From assembly GCA_963713975.1 (NCBI GenBank), contig OY970218.1, positions 3,104,001-3,168,000 on the forward strand: a stretch of DNA of 64,000 bases. The letters are read 5' to 3'. The notes beneath the pieces are model-generated. The model had not been told where the DNA came from. It did not search any database and saw only the letters and a program-made list of their open reading frames with translations. The stretch comes from an uncultured Chloroflexia bacterium. Lineage in GTDB: Bacteria; Chloroflexota; Limnocylindria; Limnocylindrales; CSP1-4. The position numbers and the translations under genes are program-made. This document shows positions 57,801-64,000 of the stretch, one piece after another (within the stretch, counting starts at the first letter, position 1; each line of letters opens with the position of its first letter).

Positions 57801-58221
57801 GGCGGGCGGCGAAGGTGAGGACCCGCTGCTTGCACAGGCTCACGAACTCGGCGATGCCGAACGCCTCGATATCGCGCTTGGACGTGAACCCCAGGTCGCG
57901 CTCGACGTTGACCTCCACCCACAGGCCCTGGCAGTCGAAGCCGTTCTGGTACCGCTGGTCCTCGCCGAGCATGGCGTGGAAGCGCTGGAAGAGGTCCTTG
58001 TAGGTGCGACCCCAGGCGTGGTGGACGCCCATCGGGTTGTTCGCCGTGATCGGTCCGTCCAGGAAGCTCCACCGCGGCCCGTCCGCGTTCTGCGCGCGGA
58101 GGCGGGCGAACGTCCTGCGCTCGTCCCACTCGCGGAGCAGGGCGTGTTCCTGGGCGACGAGATCGGGTCGGGCGGTGACGGGTCGGAACATCGGGCCTCG
58201 AGCGGTCGCCGGTGGGGTCAT
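54871..58221 (-). CDS. ileS: Isoleucyl-tRNA synthetase, type 2
   Basis: DGPITAN, WTTTPWTL, GTGIVHIAP, DWMISKKR, IRQPL and long C-terminal domain; upstream of lspA. Confidence 0.95.
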   Translation of the reverse strand: MTPPATARGPMFRPVTARPDLVAQEHALLREWDERRTFARLRAQNADGPRWSFLDGPITANNPMGVHHAWGRTYKDLFQRFHAMLGEDQRYQNGFDCQGLWVEVNVERDLGFTSKRDIEAFGIAEFVSLCKQRVLTFAARQTEQSQRLGYWMDWNEPAELLRLRDLLKADPTQQVTIEGPDGPVTDTVEMVVGRLGMPDVGGSYFTFSNENNDLIWGFLAECHRRGWVYRGHDTMPWCPRCGTGLSQMEMNEGYQDREDPGLTVRLPLLDRPGESLLVWTTTPWTLAANVAAAVGEDLRYVKVRQGDDQFWLGKGTLKQALRGPFQIVEERAGSELAGWRYTGPFDQLPAVASAFADADYEHRVVTWDEVGEDEGTGIVHIAPGCGAEDYQLGREIGLPVIGPIDEDGRYYPGFGWMAGREAPAITEAIISDLEQRHFFYHLEPYSHRYPHCWRCGTPLLFRLVDEWYISMGEVYDRPRDQLTTEEVDASLRYQIMEVVDRIRWIPDFGHERELDWLLNMRDWMISKKRYYGLALPIYDCRACGHFDVIGGREELRERAIEGWEAFEGHTPHRPYVDAVQVACSSCGEPVSRIADVGNPWLDAGIVPFSTLHFREDPEAWAKWFPADFITESFPGQFRNWFYAMLAMSTVLRREEPFRTIFGYATLFGEDGRPMHKSWGNAIEFDEAAERMGVDVMRWMYASARPDDNILFGWHAADEARRGLLVLWNVYAFFVTYARLAGWTPAVGSPPVAERPPLDRWILSRSAGVAAKVEAHLRDFDAEAATRVLSAHVDDLSTWYLRLSRRRMSRSTGADRDAAFATLHEALVALSRTVAPFLPFLSDSMYGNLVAGLDPDAPDSVHLTPWPASELAPLRDEGLEEAMAVARRAVDLSRTLRGQASLKIRQPLARLWLALPGRVMTELDALLELVRVEANVKAVEIIGDESALVDRGVKVLLPRVGKRLGARIPAVMAAAREGRFEINPDGGVTLAGETLAPDEVEIQATPRPGTAVAHDDGLVAVIDTILTPDLRAEGDARELQRAVQDLRRAAELELDDRIVLWADGLAPDLDPYLGSLAADTLADEIRREAPPQDAPTAVVRLEAGEARIALRRAGRDA

Positions 58222-58333
58222 GGCCTGGCTGCGGCGGGCCACCAGTCTATCGGCTCCGCCGCTCGCGCCACCCGCCTGCGGTCACACGGACCTCCCGGGC
58301 CCGATTCCCGCCTCCGTCGTATCATTCCGCGCG

Positions 58334-60172
58334 ATGTCGACACACCAGCGGGCCCCGCGGTCGCGCTCCGCGTTCGCCGCCGCATTCCTCTCCCTCCTGT
58401 TCCCCGGCCTTGGCCATGCCTATGCGGGCGCCTACACGCGTGCGCTGGGTTTCGCCGCTGCGCCGCTGCTGGTGATCGCGTTCGGCACCGGCATCGTGCT
58501 GCGGGTGGACAGCTACGAGCTCCTGGGCATGGTCGCGAGCCAGGGCGCCCTGATCGCCATCTTCGTCGCCAACATCGCGGCGCTCGTCTACCGCATCGTC
58601 GCGGCCATTGATGCCTGGCAGGTCGCCCGCTTCCTCAACGCCGCCGACGCCTCGGGCGGTGGGCGCCTGGGCCGCGCCCGCCTCTCCGTGCACCCGCTGT
58701 CGATCGCCGGGCTGCTGGCGGTCGTGCTCGTCATGGGGGCCGGACACCTCGCGATCGCGCGCTACAACGTCCTCGCCCTCGACCTGGTGAACTGCGTCTT
58801 CAGCGAGGACGGTGGTGCCGACTGCGAGGAAGCGGTCGCATCCGGGTCACCCGAGCCGTCCGCCGAGCCCGCGGCCACCAGCGCCCCCGGCGAGTCCGAC
58901 GCGCCGACCGCATCCCCGGACGTGATCCCAACGCCAAACCCGTCCGCGCAGGGAACCCTCGCCCCCACCCTGCCGCCCTGGGATGGCAAGGAGCGCCTCA
59001 ACATCCTGGCCGTCGGCGTGGATGCCCGACCGGGCGACACCTCGTTCAACACGGACACGCTGATCGTCGTGTCCATCGATCCGGTGTCCAAGCAGGTCGC
59101 GATGTTCCAGATCCCGCGCGACATGGCAGACGTGCCGGTGCCGGCGAACGCGCGCTCGCTCTGGGGCTCCGCCTACGGCGGCAAGATCAACAGCTGGTTC
59201 ACCCAGAACCGGAACCGGACGGACCTGTGGCCGGGCAAGACCGCGAACGCCCGCGGATTCGCCTCGCTCAAGGCCATCCTGGGCGAGCTCTACGGCCTGG
59301 ACATCCGCTACTACGTCAAGGTGGACTTCAGCGGGTTCCGCAAGGTCGTGGATACCCTCGGTGGGGTCCAGGTCAACGTGCAGATGCCCGTCTACGAGAG
59401 CATGTACCCGGCCGGAGGCGGAGCCCTCACCCGGATCTACATTCCGGCGGGCCCGCAGCAGATGAGCGGTCCAGAGGCGCTGATCTACGCCCGATCGCGC
59501 CACCGGGCGGCGGGCGGCGACTTCGATCGTGGACGCCGGCAGCAGCGGGTGCTCCTGTCGCTCAAGGAGCAGATGAGCGCTCAGGCGATCGTCGCCAACC
59601 TCCCCGAGCTCGTCGATGTCCTTGGCGAGTCCGTCAAGACCGACATCCCCACCTCCGAGCTGCCCAAGCTCCTGGGGCTCGCGGAAACCGTGAACACCAA
59701 GGACATCCGGTCCTACGTGTTCTCGCCGCGCTTCTACGCCACGGAGTTCGCCAACTCCCCGCGCGGCTACATCATCACGCCCAACGTCGCACGTATCCGC
59801 AAGGCCGTGAAGGAGGCATTCTCGATCAGCCCCGAGCTGCTCGCCCAGCGCGAGGGCCTGGGTGCGGAGGCCGCGGGTGTCTGGGTCCTCAACGCCTCCG
59901 GCAAGACCGGCAAGGCCACCCGCGCCGCCGAGTACCTCGCCTACAACGGCATCGAGGCGTCGGCGCCGAACCAGAAGGCATCGCCCACCACGGCCGCCAC
60001 GGAGATCGTGGTCTACAACGGGGCCGAGGCCACGATGCCGGAGACGATCAAGTTCCTCGAGGACCTCTACGGCGCCACGGCCACCACGGCCACGGATCCG
60101 GCCGTGACCACCGACGTGATCGTCACCATCGGCAGCAGCGCACCGGACAAGTCGGTCGACGCGGTCGGCTGA
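58334..60172 (+). CDS. LCP (LytR-CpsA-Psr) family protein with N-terminal TM bundle and C-terminal LytR_C domain
   Basis: NILAVGVD, TDTLIVVSID, IPRD, KIN, YARSR, DFDRGRRQQ; VWVLNASG...DVIVTIG. Confidence 0.92.
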   Translation: MSTHQRAPRSRSAFAAAFLSLLFPGLGHAYAGAYTRALGFAAAPLLVIAFGTGIVLRVDSYELLGMVASQGALIAIFVANIAALVYRIVAAIDAWQVARFLNAADASGGGRLGRARLSVHPLSIAGLLAVVLVMGAGHLAIARYNVLALDLVNCVFSEDGGADCEEAVASGSPEPSAEPAATSAPGESDAPTASPDVIPTPNPSAQGTLAPTLPPWDGKERLNILAVGVDARPGDTSFNTDTLIVVSIDPVSKQVAMFQIPRDMADVPVPANARSLWGSAYGGKINSWFTQNRNRTDLWPGKTANARGFASLKAILGELYGLDIRYYVKVDFSGFRKVVDTLGGVQVNVQMPVYESMYPAGGGALTRIYIPAGPQQMSGPEALIYARSRHRAAGGDFDRGRRQQRVLLSLKEQMSAQAIVANLPELVDVLGESVKTDIPTSELPKLLGLAETVNTKDIRSYVFSPRFYATEFANSPRGYIITPNVARIRKAVKEAFSISPELLAQREGLGAEAAGVWVLNASGKTGKATRAAEYLAYNGIEASAPNQKASPTTAATEIVVYNGAEATMPETIKFLEDLYGATATTATDPAVTTDVIVTIGSSAPDKSVDAVG

Positions 60173-60236
60173 GGACCGCGGTCGACAAATCGCTGAGGGC
60201 CTCGGGCCCAGGTCGGTGGCGCGGGCGTCTCGAACG

Positions 60237-61211
60237 CTAGCCCTTGATCGGGCTCAGCCAGCTCCGGTACTCGGGCAGGTTGCCACGGACCGCGGCGAAG
60301 TAGCGCTCGCTCATCAGCCGCGAGACGGGGCCGATCGCGCCGGTGCCCACGGCCCGGTGATCCACCTCGATGACCGGGCTGACCTGGACGCCGGTCCCGC
60401 ACAGGAACACCTCGTCGCAGACGTACAGCTCGGAGCGGTCCACGGAGCGGATCTCGATCGGGATGCCAGCATCGCGGGCGAGCCCGAGGATCGCGCCGCG
60501 CGTCACGCCCTCGAGGATGTCGTCCGAGACCGGCGGCGTGATCAGGACGCCGCCCCGGACCACGAACAGGTTCGCCGCCGATCCCTCGGACGCGTGGCCG
60601 TCGGGGGTGAGGACGAGGGCCTCGTCGAAGCCGTTGAGCTCCGCCTCGCTCTTCTGGAAGGCCATGTTGACGTAGCCGCCGACGATCTTGCCGCGGGCCG
60701 GGAGCGCCTCGTCCGCGTTGCGGCGCCACGTCGACGTCATCACCCGGACGCCCTTCTCGGTATCGATGTAGTTGCCGAAGGGCGAGGTGATCACGTACAG
60801 CTGGTGCTCGAGGTGATGGAGCCGGACGCCGATGGCCTTGGTGCTCTTGTAGAACGACGGCCGGACGTAGACGTCCTCCCGGTCGTGGTTCCGGCGTACG
60901 GTCTCCAGGACGATCTCCACCAGCTCGTCGACCGACGGAAGATCCTCCATCAGCAGCATCTTGGCGCTGTTGCGGATCCGCTCGCAGTGCTCCCGCACGA
61001 ACAGGACGTACAGCGTCTCGTGCTCGGCGTTCCAGTAACCACGGATCCCCTCGAAGGTCGCCGTCCCGTACATGAACGCGTGGGTCATGATGCTGACCTT
61101 GGCGTCGCGAAGCGGCACGTACTCGCCTTCGAAGTAGGCGATCCGGTCCTCGATGGAGCGCGGCTCGGCGGGCACGGCCTCCGCCGCGGTGCCGGACGGC
61201 TGGGTGAGCAT
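60237..61211 (-). CDS. ilvE: Branched-chain amino acid aminotransferase (class IV)
   Basis: HAFMYG, FEGIRGY, KIVGGY, SEGSAANLF, ILEGVTR, FLCGTG. Confidence 0.93.
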   Translation of the reverse strand: MLTQPSGTAAEAVPAEPRSIEDRIAYFEGEYVPLRDAKVSIMTHAFMYGTATFEGIRGYWNAEHETLYVLFVREHCERIRNSAKMLLMEDLPSVDELVEIVLETVRRNHDREDVYVRPSFYKSTKAIGVRLHHLEHQLYVITSPFGNYIDTEKGVRVMTSTWRRNADEALPARGKIVGGYVNMAFQKSEAELNGFDEALVLTPDGHASEGSAANLFVVRGGVLITPPVSDDILEGVTRGAILGLARDAGIPIEIRSVDRSELYVCDEVFLCGTGVQVSPVIEVDHRAVGTGAIGPVSRLMSERYFAAVRGNLPEYRSWLSPIKG

Positions 61212-61266
61212 GGTCGGCTCCAGGTCGCGTGCGGCTGATCGCCGCGAGTCCCACGTGGTCGCCGAA

Positions 61267-61275
61267 AGTCTAGCA
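61267..61275 (-). promoter_or_regulatory. Extended -10 (TGcTAGACT) for ilvE
   Basis: Motif about 56 nt upstream of the ATG. Confidence 0.55.
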
Positions 61276-61330
61276 CCGGGCGATTTGCATGCCGTCCGGT
61301 CGCCCTCCGCGTCCCCGCCCCTCGCGGCGG

Positions 61331-62392
61331 TCAGCCGATGGGCAGCAACCCCGCGATGGCCAGCACGACGATCGTCAGGTAGACGAGGTAGAGGAGGCCG
61401 CCCACCAGCAGGGAGCGTCCATCCAGGCGGGCCCGACGCCACATGGGCAGGAAGATCACCCCGACCGCGAGGAACGCGATCCCGGCCGACAGGAAAGCGA
61501 TCATCGAGTTCTCGTCGACGTGCCATGCGTCGCCGGCGAGGACCAGGGCAACCACCGTCGGGATCGCTGACTGGAAGACCATCGCGCCCGTGATGTTGCC
61601 CATCGCGAGCGTGTCCTTGCCCCGGCGGACCCAGATCAGCGAGTTGAACTTCTCGGGCAGCTCCGTGGCGATAGGAGCGATCACGAGCGCGAGCAGGAGC
61701 TCGCTGACACCGAGGACGGCAGCGACGCTGGATACGGCGCCCACGAACAGGTAGGCCCCGCCGATGATGAGCGCGAGCGCGAAGACCACCTGGAGGCTGA
61801 CGACGCGCAGCCTCGGGACGTGCGGTGCCCGCCGGTGACCATTGCGGTCCAGCCGCCGGAAGCGGAGCGGCGCCAGCTCCTCCTCATGCTCCTCGGGCTC
61901 GGCGTCAAGGTGACCCTTGACGTAGTAGGCATAGATGCCGATCAGGGCGATCGCCACGACGTACCGAAGGCCATCGAGGCTGGTCGGGAGGAAGGCGGAC
62001 CCGATCGCGAGCGAGTAGGCGATCACGAAGTAGCGGATGTCATGGACGAGGACACCCGTGTCCACGACCATGCGGGTCCCGGTCGCCCGCCGCCGACGCC
62101 AGTAGAGCACTCCAATCCCGGTCACGAACATGGCCAGTGTCGAGAGCATGAACGGAGCGCCCAGGATCGCGCCGATACCCACGTCGTGCGCGGAGCCCTC
62201 GGCGCTCCCGAAGACGATGGCGATGATCGGGATCATCGTCTCCGGCAGGGCCGTGCCGACGGCCGCGAGCACGGACCCCACGGCGCCCTGCGCCAGGTTC
62301 AGCTTGCGGCCGAACCACTCGATCCCGTTGGTGAACAGCTCGGCGCCGCCGAGGATCACGACGAACGCGATGGCGAGCACGATGGCGTCCAC
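61331..62392 (-). CDS. Na+/Ca2+ (CaCA) antiporter family protein
   Basis: Two alpha-repeats GTALPE and ATELPE, plus MGNITG. Confidence 0.9.
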   Translation of the reverse strand: MDAIVLAIAFVVILGGAELFTNGIEWFGRKLNLAQGAVGSVLAAVGTALPETMIPIIAIVFGSAEGSAHDVGIGAILGAPFMLSTLAMFVTGIGVLYWRRRRATGTRMVVDTGVLVHDIRYFVIAYSLAIGSAFLPTSLDGLRYVVAIALIGIYAYYVKGHLDAEPEEHEEELAPLRFRRLDRNGHRRAPHVPRLRVVSLQVVFALALIIGGAYLFVGAVSSVAAVLGVSELLLALVIAPIATELPEKFNSLIWVRRGKDTLAMGNITGAMVFQSAIPTVVALVLAGDAWHVDENSMIAFLSAGIAFLAVGVIFLPMWRRARLDGRSLLVGGLLYLVYLTIVVLAIAGLLPIG

Positions 62393-62393
62393 G

Positions 62394-62786
62394 TCAGCCC
62401 TCCAGTCCGGTTGCGGCGACGATCGACGCGAGCACCACGAGGAAGACCGCCACCGACACCAGCGCCAGACGCCAGTCCCGGACGGCCACATAGCCGACGC
62501 CCGCGACGATCACGCGCCCGATCGGGAGGCAGATGATCAGGACGATCCCGGCCCACAGGAACCCCTCGGGCCGGAGCGCCGCCAGCTCCGCCGGGATCCG
62601 GCTGAGATCGAACGGCGGGACGGCGCCGTGCGCCATCGGGTCCATCCCGTCGAGGAGCATCAGCACGACACCCACGAGCACGAGGCCCATCGCCAGCCAG
62701 GTGCCCACGATCAGCAGCCGGGCCACGATGGTCTCGAGGGCGTAGGCCGCCTCGTTGCGGCCGGACCTCATCGACGGGCCGCTCAC
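62394..62786 (-). CDS. DUF1634-like small membrane protein
   Basis: Three hydrophobic segments, GIVLIICLPIGRV; GTGA overlap with the TauE gene. Confidence 0.75.
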   Translation of the reverse strand: MSGPSMRSGRNEAAYALETIVARLLIVGTWLAMGLVLVGVVLMLLDGMDPMAHGAVPPFDLSRIPAELAALRPEGFLWAGIVLIICLPIGRVIVAGVGYVAVRDWRLALVSVAVFLVVLASIVAATGLEG

Positions 62787-63697
62787 AGGCCCAACGCCTT
62801 GATGGCCATCTGGATGGACGTGTAGACGAGCACCACCACGAACAGCGCCCGCAGGACGCGGAGGTTGACGCGGTGGGCCAGCCTGGAGCCAAACGAGGCC
62901 CCGACGAACACGCCCAGGGCGATCGGGCCGGCGATGAACGGGTCGATCTCGTCCCGCAGCAGGTAGATGACGGCCGACGCCGTCGCGGTGATGCCCATCA
63001 TCATGTTGCTGGTCGCGGTGGACACGCGCAGGGGGACGCCCATCCAGATGTGCATGACCGGCACCTTGATGATCCCGCCGCCGACACCCAGGAGCGCCGA
63101 GTTGAGGCCGGCGAACACCGAGCCCAGCATGCCCGCGCGCAGGCGGTGGACGGTGTAGCCCGGTCCGGCCAGCGTCGCGGTGAACGACGTGTAGGGCACG
63201 GCCGCGACGGGCGCCGCGTGGGGCGCGGTGCCGAACGCCGTCTCGGATGCCGCCGCCTCGAGTGCGACGGGCCCGGGTGCCTCGGGATCGGCGGATCCCA
63301 CGGGGACGGGCTCGGCCGGCGCCTGCGTGCGTGGTCGGTCGTTGCGCCTGGCCATCGAGATCGCGACCCACGCGAGGAGCGCGGCGAACAGGCCGGCCAG
63401 CAGCCGCTCGTTAATGAGGAACGCGATCAGGCCGCCGACCAGCGCCCCCATGGCCGAGAACAGCTCGAGGGTCATACCCAGGCGCAGGTTGGCCACGTGC
63501 CGCTGGAGGTACACCCCGGCCGAGGCGCTGGAGGTGACGATCACCGACACGAGCGAGACCGCGACGGCCTCGCGCAACGGCAGCCCGAAGCCCAGGTTGA
63601 GGATCGGGACGATGAGCACGCCACCACCCAGCCCCAGCAGGGAGCCGAAGGCGCCGGCGGCTATGCCGCCCGCAAGCAGGACGAGGACGACGATCAC
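62783..63697 (-). CDS. TauE/SafE (TSUP) family exporter
   Basis: GSLLGLGGG and SALLGVGGG repeats, ATSN. Confidence 0.9.
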   Translation of the reverse strand: MIVVLVLLAGGIAAGAFGSLLGLGGGVLIVPILNLGFGLPLREAVAVSLVSVIVTSSASAGVYLQRHVANLRLGMTLELFSAMGALVGGLIAFLINERLLAGLFAALLAWVAISMARRNDRPRTQAPAEPVPVGSADPEAPGPVALEAAASETAFGTAPHAAPVAAVPYTSFTATLAGPGYTVHRLRAGMLGSVFAGLNSALLGVGGGIIKVPVMHIWMGVPLRVSTATSNMMMGITATASAVIYLLRDEIDPFIAGPIALGVFVGASFGSRLAHRVNLRVLRALFVVVLVYTSIQMAIKALGL

Positions 63698-63757
63698 CGC
63701 TGGGCGCCCGGTTCCGGACCGGCTCCCCTCGCCTGATCGCCGTGCCGCGTCACGACG

Positions 63758-64000
63758 TCAGGGGCGAAGGTGCTGCGGCGCGTACGGGAGCAGGGCCACG
63801 TGGCGGGCCCGCTTGAGCGCCACGGACAGCTCGCGCTGGTGAGCAGCACAGGTCCCGGTCTTGCGGCGCGGTTCGATCTTGGCGCGCTCGGACAGGTAGC
63901 GGCGGAGGCGGTTGACCTCCTTGTAGTCGATCACGACCGTCTTGTCGGCGCAGAAGGAGCAGACCTTCCGGCGCCGGCGATCTCGGTAGTAGTCGTCGCG
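63758..64000 (-). CDS. rpsR: 30S ribosomal protein S18 (5' end outside window; absent from the ORF track)
   Basis: Manual translation RRRKVCSFC...IDYKEV...[38 protein letters not shown]; TGA at 63758-63760. Confidence 0.96.
   Translation of the reverse strand, partial: RDDYYRDRRRRKVCSFCADKTVVIDYKEVNRLRRYLSERAKIEPRRKTGTCAAHQRELSVALKRARHVALLPYAPQHLRP

Noticed and set aside
58222-58333. Possible T-box riboswitch upstream of ileS
   Set aside because: The spacer is only about 110 bp, holds divergent -10 elements, and has no T-box consensus or terminator
1-64000. Mobile elements, prophage, defence systems, rRNA or tRNA genes
   Set aside because: No transposase, integrase or cas motifs, no obvious compositional island, and no tRNA or rRNA signature seen in the short intergenic regions

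Overview
High-GC (about 70%) bacterial core-genome window made almost entirely of minus-strand housekeeping operons. In left-to-right order it holds the end of a sugar ABC ATPase, xylB/xylA, ribF-like/truB/nrnA/rbfA/infB/ylxR/nusA, ispG/rseP/dxr/cdsA/uppS/frr/pyrH/tsf/rpsB, yraN/rnhB, rplS/trmD/rimM/khpA/rpsP/DUF3352/ffh, ftsY/smc/rnc/acpP/nusB/asp23/plsX/rpmF/yceD, coaD/rsmD/recG/fakA/asp23/rpmB, dtd/rpe/rlmN/fmt/def, priA/gmk/rluD/lspA/ileS, an LCP protein, ilvE, a CaCA/DUF1634/TauE cluster and a partial rpsR. The monoderm-type gene order, short EF-Ts and type-2 IleRS suggest Chloroflexota, possibly Limnocylindria (inference). I saw no mobile elements, CRISPR arrays, rRNAs or tRNAs. The most notable signals are: (i) a separate 98-aa ORF coupled between smc and ftsY that duplicates the FtsY N-terminal motif; (ii) three conserved genes that appear to need non-canonical start codons (CTG, CTG, GTA) behind good SD sequences; (iii) structured leaders upstream of ffh, nusA and rpsB; (iv) IleRS with GVHH/PMHKS signature motifs, RibF lacking its kinase domain and RNase HII lacking GRG; (v) several probable leaderless mRNAs. 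Many start coordinates were refined by hand from the ORF track. All family assignments come from motif recognition, not database searches.
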